From Eledone cirrhosa (lineage: Eukaryota), in the NCBI GenBank assembly GCA_964016885.1, contig OZ024742.1, forward strand, positions 89,838,001 through 89,902,000: DNA of 64,000 nucleotides, in the 5' to 3' direction. The notes under the pieces were generated by a model that saw nothing but the letters and a program-made list of their open reading frames with translations, was not told the origin of the DNA and ran no database searches. This document shows, in pieces, positions 12,091 through 26,413 of the stretch. The translations under genes and the position numbers were made by a program. The stretch's first letter is position 1; every line of letters begins with the position of its first letter.

Positions 12091-13699
12091 TGCACGTCGG
12101 CTGCTCAGCACACTTCAAGATGTATATCTTAATTAACTACCAGCACGAACGCTAATTATATGCGGACTAATACGTTCATTTTCGGAATTTTCATAAATCT
12201 TTATGAAACTTATCTATAACTGTGAATTTTTAATGAGTTTTTGATCTCTTATTTATAGTATAATATAATATAGTATATGCATATATTTCTTTTAAATATA
12301 TTTACTGCACTATAAAATCTAAAATTTAAGACAGATTCAAACTTATATATAAATGTGAATTTTTGGTGCGCTTTTGATCTCTTATTTATAATATAATTTA
12401 TTATAATATGTATGTAGTTATATATTATATTTTATATATTTTGAAATATTTTGAAATAAACCACCACATTTCTATATATATGATTCTAATATAGAGAATA
12501 TATCCAAACTAAAAATTATTATAGACATTATTTTGAACTCTGAATTATCCATGCACTCATTATTGTTTTTCTTATATATATATATATATATATGTGTATT
12601 TAAATGTAACACGTTGAACTCTACTTTATAAAATTATAACTGTTATCATTTACCTAAAGTATACTACACTAATAATACCTAATATATATCTATATATATA
12701 CCTCCCTCTATCTAATGATATGTTGATATCTTGGTTGAAGAATAATTAGTACATTTACACCCAGTTATACATAAGTATATATTTATCCTTAACATCCTTC
12801 AATCTATTATGTTATTTTATTTTTACCTTCGTCGTTATTATTTACCTTAAAAATACTGGCTCATTAATATATACCTATATACATAATAGTTATTTAAATA
12901 TTTATAACAATAAGTACGTCAAAAGCTTTACATACCTAATATGTTGGTATCTTTGTTAAAGTTTAAATTTAGGTAAATGATCAACAGTATAATATTCCAT
13001 TCTTTATGTGCCAGCTAAATCCTTTAAATGTTACCCTCATAAAATTCAGAAGTTTAGAAATGATAACACACTTATCGAATTTATAAAAATAATATATAAA
13101 TAATCAGCAAATAATCCTGAATCTGGAGTCTTCACCCTAATATTATAAATTAAATATTTTCAAATTTAACCGTTTAACTTTCGGAAAAAATCTCCTTCTG
13201 CATATATCAGCCCCCCCCCCTCCACCATTTATATTACCCTCTTTATAAATCCTTTTCCAGTGGCTATTACTGGCTTTTATGATTCATGTATATATTATGT
13301 TATAATTCATGTATATGAAGAAATAGAAGGCAATAAATAGAGAATAAATGAAAAATTAATGAAAACGTAACGAAAAAGTAATGAAAAATGAAAATGGAAA
13401 ATGAAAAATGAAAATGAAAAGTGAAAAATAAAAATGAAGATTCAAATAAAATAAGATAAAATGTGTGTGTGCTATACCCAATCTCAAGGTCAGAAATATG
13501 TTGGATAAAGTTGTAGGAGGAACAAGATAGTAAAAGAATAAAACGAAATAGGATAATCAAATAAAATGTGTGTATTTTAACCAATCTCAACTTAAATATA
13601 AATATAAGGTGATAAAGTGAAGAAAACAGAAAACAAATAACAAATGAATAATGAGAAATCAAAAATGAAAAATCAAAAATCAAGTAAATTAAAATGTGT

Positions 13700-14645
13700 G
13701 TGTGTTATAAAGATGTTGGCCAAATTAGAATCAATCTCTCGGCTATCATGGTGTCTGCTCAGCCTAGGTTGGTCCCTATGGATTGAGGGGAGTTCCTAAC
13801 CTATGGTGTTGTTACTGCCCATATAGCTTGAGGGAGGTCTGGCCGAGAGGTCTCTAGATGTTCTGGAGATTCCCTATAGTTTGAGGGCAGTTCACATCTT
13901 ATTGTGTTGCTACTGTCCATATATCTTGAGGAAGGTCTCGACCCTGAGGTGTCTGCATGTCCCGAAGAAGTCGGTTCTGAGGTTTATCAGGCCGCTTCCA
14001 CCTCTTAGTATCTCGAGGGTCTCGTTCAGACATAGTTTGCATATGCAAGATCCGCTTTATCGGGTGGTACTTTCCTGATTATGGACCAGGACAGAGAGTA
14101 CGGGGTCCTGTCCAGATTAAGCTTCCAGATCAGGTCGGAGAGAGCCGTACTTTTCCTTTTGGCCTCCTTATTGAAGGAATGGCGATGGTTAAACCAGCGG
14201 TCTTTAAAGCTCGTTGATGTGGCTCCTATGTAGAGGTGTTCGAAGTTGGGGGTTTTAACCCTACAACCGTATACTAGGTCCTTCTTAAGGCATTCATTAC
14301 CAAGGAGGCATGATTCGGGGTTTCTGCAGTTGCAGAGGGTAGTCGATCTCTGCGTGCCTAGATTGGGGTTCCGTTAGGTGTTACATGGTGGTCTTCCCCC
14401 AGGCACGGTGGGGGTTCCCCGAGTTTGTTTGGGTTTCTACGGTGGGCACTGGGGTCCCCCTTTCTCTCCTTTCACATGGTTCTGCTTAGTGCTTGTATTG
14501 CCATCTTTTGGTTGTGTGTGGATTTTAAGCCTACTCCTGTTGATGCTAGCTATGTGTTCGGCCAGATTTCTCGTGGTGGAACACGAGAGCTTCACAGTGT
14601 GTCTGTTGAAGATCTTGTGGTATCTATGGTCCCTCGGGAAGCATT
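13700..14645 (-). mobile_element. Penelope-like element 3' part (GIY-YIG endonuclease)
   Basis: Minus strand reads FPRDHRYHKIFNRHTVKLS, CNCRNPESC..CLKKDLVYGC..YIGATSTSFKDRWFNHRHSF. Confidence 0.85.
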
Positions 14646-15651
14646 TATAACACACACACACATTTTATTTGATTATCCTATTTCGTTTTATTCTTTTACC
14701 ATCTTGTTCCTCCTACCACTTTATCCAACATATTTCTGACCTTGAGATTGGTTATAGTACACACACATTTTATCATATTTTATTTGAATCATCATTTTTA
14801 TTTTTCACTTTTCATTTTCATTTTTCATTTTCCATTTTCATTTTTCATTACTTTTTCCTTTTTCATTACTTTTTCATTAATTTTTCATTTATTCTCTATT
14901 TATTATTTATTTTCTGTTTTCTTCATTTTATTGCCTTCTATTTCTTCATATACGTGGCAGAACCCCACCACCACCACCACCATCACCACGGGAGATAGTG
15001 GCAGGAGGGATGAAGAAACACACACACAGATACTTCTAAATTGTCAGCAGCAGCAAGACATAAGCTGACCACAACACCAACAACACTACCAAAATAAGGG
15101 TAGAGGTCAGATGTACTTAACAATAGCAAACACAAACACTACAGGGAGCCTCACCACAGAAACAATTTCTATAGACTTTGGACTGAGGAATGCTCTCAAA
15201 ACTGACCAATGGAAAGAGTGACCTTACAAATCTTTATAACATTGAGATGGGTATAACACACACACATTTTATTCGATTATTTTATTTTATTTTGTTCCTT
15301 TACCATCTTATTCCTTCTACCACTTTATCATTTTTTTTTAGCTGACTCCAACAACAACACCACTACCAACATAAGAATAGAGGTCAGATGTATCTAACAA
15401 TAACAAGAACAACAACTACAGATTGGCTTGCCTCAGAACGAATTTCTATAGACTTTTGACTGAGGAATGTTCTAACAACTGACCAATGAGAAGAGAAGAG
15501 GCCCTTTGACGCTGAAATTCGTTTGTTTAAATTCATATGATTCCAGTTCCTCAGTGAAATAACAACCCAACCAGGAACTGGGCATATCAGAGTATTGACA
15601 AAGTTATACACCTCAACAACATGTGTACTCGTCTCTACCACACTAATTCGG

Positions 15652-15706
15652 ACTGCCTGAAGAGGTCACAGCCAAAGATGGCTGTCACCGAAATATATAT
15701 AGCAGT
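15652..15706 (+). ncRNA. Type I hammerhead ribozyme motif
   Basis: actgc-CTGAAGA-ggtcacagcca aaga tggctgtcacc-GAAA-tatata-TA-gcagt; perfect stem I and palindromic stem III; a partial inverted copy lies at about 16590-16752. Confidence 0.85.
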
Positions 15707-16232
15707 AATAAACGAAGACAAATTTTAAACATTTGACTTATTTATTTTATTTTATTTTACATTACTCCGGAGTAACCAAACCAACCTGCGCCCTTCGTCG
15801 AGTGCTCCAATCTGCATACTGAGGTGTTGGTATACAACCAACATAAACTCAAAAAAAATATATATATATTCAAAAGATATATTTATAGAGAGAAAAGGAG
15901 CCATATATCGTTTGAGAAACACATAGTATATTGAACATATTTAATTCAAATAATAGTCAGAAAAATATACATACATAAGGGGGAATAGATCCTTGCAGCA
16001 CAGTTTCAAAGCTCCAAGAGAACACTAGGCAAGTGAAAATCTATCCAAGTAATCGATTATCGATTGCAATAAATGCCAAGGAAAGACAAGGTGCTACTCA
16101 CCACAGGAATTGTTTACAAAATACCATCATATCTGTTGACAGGTGAAAGTCTGAATGAGCTTCAAAGTACATAGTACCGATAAACATTTAACGACAAGTG
16201 CAGATACATTCCTTAGAATCATTATGTAACAT

Positions 16233-16417
16233 AATTGTTTCTACATTAGGCACAAGGCCAGCAATTACCCAGTGCATTACAGGTACTTTATTTTATCGAC
16301 CCCGCAAGGATAAAAGGCAAAGTCAACCTCGGCGGGATTTGAACTCAGATCGTAAAGGGACGTAACTATGCTGGAAAGCATGGCGTCCGACCCTCTACCG
16401 ATACTGCCAATCCACGC
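16233..16417 (-). mobile_element. tRNA-derived SINE
   Basis: Minus strand has A-box-like tggcagtatcgg and B-box gagttcaaatcc; a second copy lies at 61505-61684. Confidence 0.8.
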
Positions 16418-17312
16418 TACTTAAACACGGCGTAATAGATTGTTTGTGCCTAAATACACCGCTTCTATAACTTACCACCGTGTTCATTTTTGTTTTTTGT
16501 TTATTTTTGATTTACAGCATGCAGTATAAATACGAAGGCCGTTAGCCATCACAGTGACAATAGATTTCTTTTTTTTCTGCATATGCTGGTTGTTTACCGA
16601 CACCTCAGTATGCAAATTGGAGCACTCGACGAAGTACGCAGGTTGGTTTGTTTACTCCGGAGTAATGTATAATAATTTAGTCAAATATGTAAAATTTAGC
16701 TTCGTTTATTAAAAATTAAAAATTACTGCTATATATATTTCGGTGACAGCCATCCTATAGGAACACACCCACCTAGCAGCTAAAACCATGCCTCACACCG
16801 TTGTTTTCAACCCTTCTCTTTCACTTCCTTAACCAGAACTCAAGTTTGCTGACACTAGATAATATAAATAGACGAAGTACGTCGGTGGAGTCCTATCTTC
16901 TGTGCAGATAGGCACCCCAAGTTTCCGAACAACAGGCCCCAACGCCAACCCCGCATTGTGACCCGAATACCCTGGGGATATCCGCCTCGAACCCGTCCCC
17001 CCTCGCACGCATGAGTCAGGGATAAATACCACAAGGAAAAATGACGCGCCGATTATTACCACTTACCCCTCTCCCCACCTCCAGAGGGGACTTTGACCCT
17101 GTGTCCGTGTGAGTGTATCCACATGTGGGCGTGTGTATGTGTACAAGTATGAGTGTGCGTGACTGTGTAGACGTAATATGGGAATGCACCTGAGCCTGTG
17201 TTTGTGCATGTGTGCTTGCAACGGTGTGTGTTGACATACACGCATATGTACTTTATGCTGAAATAAGAAATCGTACTTTTCCGATTCTCTAGAGAAGCCG
17301 GAAGATGGGTAT

Positions 17313-17355
17313 ATATTGCTGATGAGATGTAATAACATCGAAACTAGTCCAATAT
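17313..17355 (+). ncRNA. Type I minimal hammerhead ribozyme
   Basis: atattg-CTGATGA-gatgt aata acatc-GAAAC-ta-GTC-caatat; all core nucleotides and stems are intact. Confidence 0.9.
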
Positions 17356-17643
17356 TCCTGTCTGGCTCTCTGGAGAATAGAGGAAATGTGTTTCCTTGAA
17401 AACCCGTATGACTCTAAAACCCGGTTTGTCTGTTTGGTTACATACAGACTAGCTGGACACTCACAGTAAAGTGTCCAGTGAAAAACTCAGTACATGTACA
17501 TATGTATACATGTGTGTATTTATATGCATACTCGTATTTCAGTATACATATGTAGATGTACACTTTTAACTTAATTGTTTAAGCGTCAGTCATACAAAAG
17601 TGAGTTAGAAGCGAAACGAAATTTAATTTCGTTTCGTTATTTG

Positions 17644-17690
<47 letters not shown>

Positions 17691-18529
17691 TATGCAAAGC
17701 TCAATTTCTCGTTGCGGTGAGGGGTTATGAAGTTCATACAGAGATATGAGGTTCGATTGCTCGTAGTGGCCGCTATCAACTTTCTTCCGTCTATAAGGGA
17801 TCTTTACCCGATTTCCTACGCTATCCCTCCAACATCTGACTGTTTTTACATTTATTTTCTGTATTATGCGTCAGGATATACTACATTTATATAAATATAT
17901 TTAAAAAAAACACACGCTCACTCACATGCATACATGCATGCATACATACATACATACATACATACATACATACATACATACATACATACATACATAGACA
18001 CATACATACATGATGATGGCTGCAACTCCATTTCGAATAATGCCATCGCATGATACGTAAGCATGAGCAGTACGGATGTGGCTTTTTAGTTCTGCTAGGG
18101 ACTTGCTTATGGTCAGCAATACTATGCATCGCAAACAAAATGCCACATATCAATCGATGCCTGTGCTTGAAGCTTTTTTGAGTGAGGAAAGGCTTTACCC
18201 GGGACCAATCCCATTCTCTGAACATCTACCCAATACATTTACCCCAAAAAGAAGAAATGGTCTACATCTTGGGATGCAAATGAAGTCGCAGGTTTTATAG
18301 AAGAGTTACCTTCTCATAGAGAGATGTCTTAATGAAGACTAGAAGTCACTCGCTCCACATAAACAAATTATTTCATGGCCATTTACTATCCTTAATTTCT
18401 CCGCCCTTTGACGGTTTTTGTTTTTCATCCCACAGCGTATCTAAAATCACCCTCCTCCCCAAGCAAGCTTGGTGGGGGTGCCGCTTTAGTCGCCGTCGGC
18501 CCGACTATACATATATACATAGATGGCAC

Positions 18530-18998
18530 TAAAGAATACTGGTAGAACCTGAAAATAAAATCTGCCACCAAATTAAAGCACACCAGGCCTGGTATTGTTG
18601 TTTGGGACCACACATTGAAAACGTGCTCTGTTGTAGAGATCAGCAGCCCACTTTATGTCAACGTTGTGAGAAAATACAAGAGAAGGAGGACATCTACGGA
18701 TGATTGGTGAGGAGTTTGCAGATCCAGTATCCAAGATACACCTTCAGCTTCATAGCCATCATTATTGGAGCTACAGCTTACATACCAATCCGCTTGGACT
18801 AAAGTATAACTGAACTTGGATTTGTGGACAAAGAACGCAGCTCCCTAATTCATAGACAAAAAATGGCCGAGATAGCTGGCACCTTCAAGATCTGCAAAAC
18901 ATTCTTGCAATTCAAGGGATGACAATTTCTTTTCTTTTACAAACTTGCCAGCAGGAAGGTGGCCGGTCAAAAATGTACTCGAAATTAAGAGAAAGAGA
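18530..18998 (+). mobile_element. R4/Dong-like RLE retrotransposon 3' end
   Basis: EYW..KLKHTRPGIVVWD..VVEISSP; ends at a (CATA)n tract. Confidence 0.7.
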
Positions 18999-19017
18999 AA
19001 CATACATACATACATAC

Positions 19018-19610
19018 ATGGCTGCCAACTCGTTTTCGAGTACGGCCACTACTTTATATCCATGTAGGAGAACCCCTACCGAAGCGCTCAACGAGTGTGA
19101 CATTTTAGTCCAGCCAGCGACTTGAAAACTCTAGTACAAACACTACACTTATGACAATTATTGACACATAGTGTTGGACCCATGGTACCATGTGACGACA
19201 AGTGCAGAGAGATCTCCAGATATAAAGCAATACCTGTGCCGTGAAGCTTTTATAGTGAGCAAAGGCACTGCACAAAGCCAGTCCCACTCTCTTAACCAAG
19301 ATGATATTTACCAAAAAGAAGAACATGTCAACATCATTGGATACCATCAGGGTTGCAGGTGTTATATCAGAGTTTTCTTCTTCTAGAATTCTGCCTTGAC
19401 AAAGGCTAAGGAGTCATCTCTCCCGGTGATTTTGGATGGCCATTGACTCTTAAGAGCTCCTTTGCCCTTTGACGGGTTTTGTTTTTAGCCTTGCAGGATG
19501 TCCAAAGTCACCCTCCTCACCAAGAAACCTTGGTCAGGTCACCAGTTGGTGCTACTAGTTACATGTATCCCAGTACAACCTGTCCCATGGTCGGGTCGTT
19601 GGCGACTAAA
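19018..19610 (-). mobile_element. About 600-bp non-autonomous RTE derivative (5'UTR joined to 3' end), with an inverted 5' terminus
   Basis: Near-identical to copies at 23432, 24018 and 28618; carries the RTE 5' motif ctaggagaaggaaaactctga, an RTE-like C-terminus and a (TATG)n tail on the minus strand. Confidence 0.75.
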
Positions 19611-19719
19611 CATACATACATACACACATACATACATACATACATACATACATACATACATACATACATACATACATACATACATACATACATGAATGTC
19701 GCATCATATCCCTCCGACA

Positions 19720-20940
19720 ACATCTACGAACCTCGAAGCGTAGGAGCTCGTCTCTCGAGCAAGTCTATCTGCATGAATCAGATAAGATCATGAGAGTTGG
19801 GAAGTAATTCCTCGAAAGATTTTCCCTGTGTGATAATCAAAAACTCACACCCAGGGAAGTCCCTCAGCAGTATCACAGTGAATCCATGGATGAAAAACTG
19901 CATGCTTATTAGCAAAAAATCATGCATGGATATGTTGCCAGGAAGCTCCAGTGTGAGAGTAATATAGATAAAGAAAGTAGTATATCTTGGACCAACAACC
20001 GCTATATTGGCTCCAACTTTGAAGGATACGCTTTTGCAATCCAAGAACAGGAAATCAACACGAAATACCTGATTCACAAAAGAGATAGGGATGCAGGCAA
20101 ACCACCTAGATGTGCTAACAAGTGCAGACTCTGCAGAATTAACATCGAAGATATCACCCATGTCATAAGTAAAGATGTCATCGTGGTACTATCTACCTAT
20201 GAGGTATGATGTAGTGGCCAAAACACTGTACAATGCAATCCGTAGAAAAGATAGCCCCGATAATAAACACATTAAAAGCTATAGCAGCATGGAAGACATA
20301 CACATACATAATATGAAAGAGTACTGGTGGACTGTTCCAGTAAAAACCCCAATAAAATACAGGCATAACAGACCAGATATAATGATATGGGACAGGGAAA
20401 AGAAGGCATGCACAGTAGTGAAAGTTAGCTGCCCAACAGATGCCAATATAATATCAAAGATTAGCGAAAAGGAGAATATTTATGCAGAACTGATGAGTAA
20501 TCTGCAGATACTCCACCCTGATTATACCTTCAAATTTATGCCTGTGGTTATTGGGGCACTGGGATATGTTAGTAATTGCCTCAACACATATCTTGAGAAG
20601 CTGGGCTTCACAGGAACAGAAAGAACACTAGTTAGGAAATTACAAGTACAATCCATTACTGAAACAGTAAAAATATGTAAAGCATTCCAAAAAAGTTGCA
20701 TCTAATAACTGCATATACACATGTACAGATACAAAGCATATACACATGCACACATACAACTCAAAACATACACATCCACACATACAATAAAATTCATACC
20801 TACACATGAATGCGTGCTGTCATGCAGACATATCTACCTAGTTCATGTGTAAATTCCAATGAGATAGTCTTGTATCTATGTTAGAAACCGACTCTCTCTC
20901 TATTGGCAAAAATGTGTGAAATTATAAAACCAGAAGAACA
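19720..20940 (+). mobile_element. R4/Dong-like non-LTR retrotransposon, 3' half (CCHC finger plus RLE)
   Basis: MHG..FAIQEQEINTK..KCRLC..EDITHVIS, HNRPDIMIWDREKK..SCP..FMPVVIGALG; ends in catacatacat. Confidence 0.85.
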
Positions 20941-21196
20941 TACATACATATATACATACATACATATATATATACATACTCCATCAGTCAACGCGATCAG
21001 TCGCATATTTTGCCGTGGGAGACTATTTATTAAATTTAAGATGAATACAATCTCCGACAGTAATGCCACAACTACAGCCAGGTTGAATAATTGGTTATTC
21101 TTCTAACTATCCCTTCTGAAGACACCTTTTATTCGAATTCGTAGAGATATCCGACTAAATACATAATTCATTTTACAAGGATTTGCTACAAACAGC

Positions 21197-23430
21197 ATGG
21201 CTGAACACAAAATCAACAAGAAAATTAAGGAAGTATCGAAGACAAATAACAAAGAAGGTAATCAAACTTTATTCAGTTGTAGCTACAGAAGAAACCAAAA
21301 TTATAAATGGCATTTCTCTTGGAGTTGCGAACTTAATAATGATTTATTTAATTGTTATAAAATGGCAAAACACAATCCCTCCATTTGCTATATGAATAGA
21401 ATGAAGCTACACTGGGACGAAATGCACACAGAACTAAATTATTTCACAGCGAAACAATTACGCCAACAAGCGACGTTTGTTGAACGTAAAAATAAGATAA
21501 ATATTATTAATTGTAAGTCCCCCACAACAAACATGGAATCAACAACATGTGCTACAGATCGCCATGCTACTAGACTTCCTAGCAACCAGGTCGAACAGCG
21601 CCTTGAAACAACTATGCCTGTAAGAAACTTGACACCACCTGTACCATCTAAGTCTACCTCGAATGCTGGGGAAAACACTATGGATAATAATAATAATCGA
21701 AGAAATAAAAATAATAATCGAATAAATGTGACACCACGTATACCATCCGAGTTTACCTCGACTGTTGTGGAAAATACTATCGATTATGATAATCAAAAGT
21801 ATAAACAATTGAAAACTTCCCTCAACGAAAACTTTCAGGGAGAAATTAATTTATCTATAAATATCTCTCTGACTGAACGTGTTAAAATGACAATGGTGAA
21901 TAAAAAACCAAATAATGAAATACTACGTGTTATTGACGAAATAGGGGATGAATATTTACGACGGATAAAAACCCCAACATTTTGGCAAATCAACGCCTGT
22001 TTATATGCCTTAGCAATGACAGTGAAGCATTATCTTGGTGATAGCTGAGATATTAACAAGAACAAACACCACCAAAAATACCATCATATATAACTAAAAT
22101 AGAAAAAAAGAGTGCTGACCTACGAAAAAACATAGGACATGTGACAATGCTCCTTACATGCAAACAAACACACAAAAAACACACTCCTCACCAACAAAGA
22201 GTGAAAAGTAAAATAGAGACGATGTTTGGTAACAGTAGAACCAGAACTCTCCAATATAAGCTGATCACCCTCAAACAAGAATTGAGAGCTGTTAGCGAAA
22301 AATGCCGATACCTGAAGAGAGTAGATGAGAGAAAAATGCTTAATAAAAGATTCAGACGCAACCAAACAACAGTCTATAGAGATATGAAGGGCAAAATAAT
22401 AAGCGTCACTGAGGCCCCATCCCAGAAAGACATAGATTCCTTTTGGAGAAAAATATAGGGTGAAAAGAAGAATTTCAACCAAGATACAGTGTGGCTAAGA
22501 GAAATCCGAAAGAACTATTGCTGCTACACTACAACAAAAACATACGAAATAAGTGAGGGTACCCTTGAGACTGTGATAGGAAAACTCCAAGATAAGAAAA
22601 CACCAGGAAGAGACATGATTGTCGGCTACTGGTACAAAAAACTAATATTCTATCGGAGGTATCTTACTGACCTCTACCAACAGGTTCTTAAGAGAGATAC
22701 ACTTATACCAGAATGGTTGACATTAGCACAAACGTTACTGGTCCCCAAGAACAAAGACACCCACTTGGCAAAAAACTACCAACCCATTCCATGCCAGAAC
22801 CTGATGTATAAGATGTATACAGCCTGCCTGAACCTATTCCTCCAAGATCACTGTGAAAATAATAACATCATCACAGATGAACAAGCAGCTGGAAAGAAAA
22901 GGGTTTGGAGATGTGCTGAACAACTCCTAATCAACAAAACTGCGATGTCGGAGGTGCAACAACTTAGGAGGAATATGATTACAGTCTGGCTGGACTACAA
23001 GTAAGCTTTCGATTTTGTTCCCCACTCTTGGATGATAGAGGCCCTCCAACTTGTTAAAGTCCCAGCCATTATTGTCAGAGCCATAGAGAGGCTGTCTTCT
23101 TCTTGGGCTACTATCCTATAGTTAAAGACAGAGAGGGAGGACTCTATTTTCACTGATAAAATAAAATATTGCAAGGGTATATTTCAGGGGGACAGTCTCT
23201 CTGTGATATTGTTCATCTTGTCATTAAACCCTTTGTCCTTTCTGCTCAAGAAATGTGAGGGATACATCATTGGCTCACAGGAGGAGAGAAATACGAACCT
23301 AACCCATAACTTCGTTGTGGACGATCTGAAACTCTATGCCAAGAACATGGATGGGATGAAGAAAAATCTTGACCTGGTTACAACGTTCTCAAAGGATTTA
23401 GGAATGGATTATGGCCAAGTTAAATGCTCA
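21197..23430 (+). mobile_element. R4/Dong-like non-LTR retrotransposon, 5' half (N-terminal domain plus RT), disrupted
   Basis: W..ELN..L..CY..YMNRMKLHW N-terminus; KTPGRD, YQPIPCQNLMYK, WLDYK*AFD.VPHSW, GIFQGDSLS, VDDLKLYA. Confidence 0.85.
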
Positions 23431-23431
23431 T

Positions 23432-23780
23432 ACACTGCATAAAGCCAGTCCCACTCTCTTAACCAAGATGATATTTACCAAAAAGAAGAACAAGTCAACA
23501 TCATTGGATACCATCAGGGTTGCAGGTGTTATATCAGAGTTTTCCTTCTCCTAGAATTCTGCCTTGACAAAGGCTAAGGGGTCATCTCTCCCGGTGATTT
23601 TGGATGGCCATTGACTCTTAAGAGCTCCTTTGCCCTTTGACAGGTTTTCTTTTTAGTCCTGCAGGATGTCCAAAGTCACCCTCCTCACCAAGAAACCTTG
23701 GTGGGGTTGCAAGTTTAGTCGCCAACGACCCGACCATGAGACAGGTTGTACTGGGATATATGTTACCAGTAGCACCAACT
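23432..23780 (-). mobile_element. RTE-derived non-autonomous element, 5' part
   Basis: Matches the 19018-19610 family and truncates the R4-like RT. Confidence 0.75.
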
Positions 23781-24017
23781 ATACATACATACATACATAC
23801 ATACATACATACATACATACATACATACATACATACATACATACATACATACATGATGGCTGCCCCCTCGTTCTCGAGTATGGCCATTGCACGAGGAGAA
23901 AAAAAAATTAATAAATAAATAAAAAATAATATAAAAATAAAAAAAATAAATAAAATAAAATAAATATATATATATATATATATACATATATACATATATA
24001 TATGTATATATGTATAT

Positions 24018-24350
24018 ATGGTGGCTGCCAACTCGTTTTCGAGTACGGCCACTACTTTATATCCATGTAGGAGAACCCCTACCGATGCGCTGAACGAGTG
24101 TGACTTTTTAGTCCAGCCAAGCGACATGAAAACTCTGGTACAAACACTACACTTGTGACAATTATTGACACATAGTGCTCGGCCCATGGTACCATGTGAC
24201 GACAAGTGCAGAGAGATCTCCAGATATAAAGCAATGCCGGTGCCGTGAAGCTTTTATAGTGAGCAAAGGCACTGCACAAAGCCAGTCCCACTCTCTTAAC
24301 CAAGATGATATTTACCAAAAAGAAGAACAAATCAACATCATTGGATACCA
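24018..24350 (-). mobile_element. RTE-derived non-autonomous element, 3' part
   Basis: Matches the 19018-19610 family. Confidence 0.75.
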
Positions 24351-24565
24351 TACATACACATATACACACACACACACACACACATACTTTAATAACAACA
24401 ATAATAATAATAATAATAACAACAATAATAATAACGACAACAACAATAATAATATACATATATATATACACACACACGCACACACATAAGCATATCTATA
24501 AACACACACACACACGATAGCAACTAACAGCGCTGCGATCGAATGTGGCTTTTTAGCCCAGCCAA

Positions 24566-26377
24566 TTATCTAAAATGTCTTGCACAGAGTCGGCAACCAA
24601 AACATTCACTGGGAATAGTCGGCTGTGGTTGGAGTTCTTGTACTCTTGCATGTCGCTTGAGCCCTCCTGCTGATTTACATTCTCTACCACATGTTTGGCA
24701 AGCATGATGAGTAGCATCTCCAACAGCAGCCTGGTAGTCAACCACTGGTCTTACTTTATGACTGCGAAGATGACTTTCGAGTCCAGCTTTGCTTAGGCAG
24801 AGTCTCGCACAGACGCTGCATGTCAAAACCATAGGAGGACCCTCGCCGTCTGGAAGTGCAACAGCAATGCCCTTCCTCACATCCCGCTTTACTTTCTCGT
24901 ATGCGATTCGAGATGTCTCAAAGGCAACTTTTCCCTCATATACAGTCTTTCTCCATTTATTACGATCAGCAGCAATATTTTCCCATGTATCAGCAGAGAT
25001 GTTAGCGTCTTTCAGAGAAGCTTTCAAGGAATCCTTATACCTCTTTTTTTGTTTATGTGGCGGTCGTTTTCCGTTAACTAACTCTCCATAAAAGAGTTGT
25101 TTTGGTATTCTAGAATCCTTCATCCTGGTAAGGTGACCACTCCAACGGAGTCGTTGCTTAAGCACAAGAGCTTCTATACTGTCACACATAGAGCTTTCCA
25201 AAATCTCGACATCACTGATGTGGTCCCTCCAGTGAACGCCATGGATCCGTCTGAGACACATCTGATGGAAACGCTCCAATTGCTTAAGGTGGTGTCGATA
25301 TGTGACACAGGTCTCGCAGGCATAAAGAAGACAAGAGAGCACACATGCCCTGTACACCTTTACCTTTGTCCTCCTGCATATGTCTCGCCGACTCCAGAGT
25401 CGCCTTTCTAGCTTTCCGAAAGCATCACTTGCTTTCCTAATCCTAAGTGAAATTTCACTGTCAAGGTTGCTGTATCGATTGACACTGCTTCCCAGGTAGA
25501 CAAACTGATCAACCATTCCAAGTCGTTTGCCATACACATAGATGTTTGGTTCAGTGTACTGCTTACCAGGGGCAGGTTGGTACATGACGACGGTTTTCTT
25601 GAGACTGACAGTCAATCCTAGGGCAGTGCAAGCGTCAGAAAATGCATTCAAAATGTGCTGCATATCACTCTCTGTGTGCGCTACAAGATCGCAATCATCT
25701 GCATACAAGAGGTCTCTTATGATTGATGTAAATACTTTTGTCTTCGCAGCAAAGCGCCTGATGTTAAATATGCTGCCTGAGGTTCGATATCGGATGTAAA
25801 CACCATGCTCGCAATTCCTGAATGCAATACAGAAAACCATTGCAAAGTATATGGCAAACAGGATCGGTGCTGGAATATCTCCCTGTTTCACTCCATTTTT
25901 TACTGAGATAGGCTTCGACATGTTACCTCCGACATTAACCCAAGCCTTCATGTCGTCATGGAAAGACCTAACTAAAGCAATGAACTTATCAGGGCAACCA
26001 AGTTTATGGAGAACCTTCCATAATGCATCTCTGTTAACAGTATCGAAAGCTTTTGTCAGATCGACAAAAACCTGATACAGATCCAAGCCTTGTTCCATGC
26101 ACTTCTCCTTGAGCTGTCTAGCTGAGAAGATCATATCAGTAGTGCCGCGTCCAGCACGAAAACCAGATTGACTTTCAGGAAGAACACAATCTGCAATGTG
26201 TGTCAGCAGACGGTCCAGAAGCACCCTACATAAAACTTTCCCTACGACAGAAAGTAATGATATACCTCTGTAGTTCCCACAATCATTCCTGTTACCCTTT
26301 CCCTTGTACAAGACCACCATTACTGCATCTCTCCAGTCCTCAGGTACAGATTCATTAGCCCATATCCTGCCAAACAA
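24566..26377 (-). pseudogene. RTE reverse transcriptase plus zinc-finger ORF segment (603 aa)
   Basis: Long ORF with all RT motifs and CSVC..HLRSH, CQTC..H fingers; separated from the APE segment by a stop near 26414. Confidence 0.9.
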
Positions 26378-26413
26378 AGAGTGAAGATGTTGCAGGAGTC
26401 TCTCACCACCATA

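Noticed and set aside
16330-16417. tRNA-like A/B boxes as a tRNA gene
   Set aside because: No cloverleaf; it is the head of a SINE present twice in the window.
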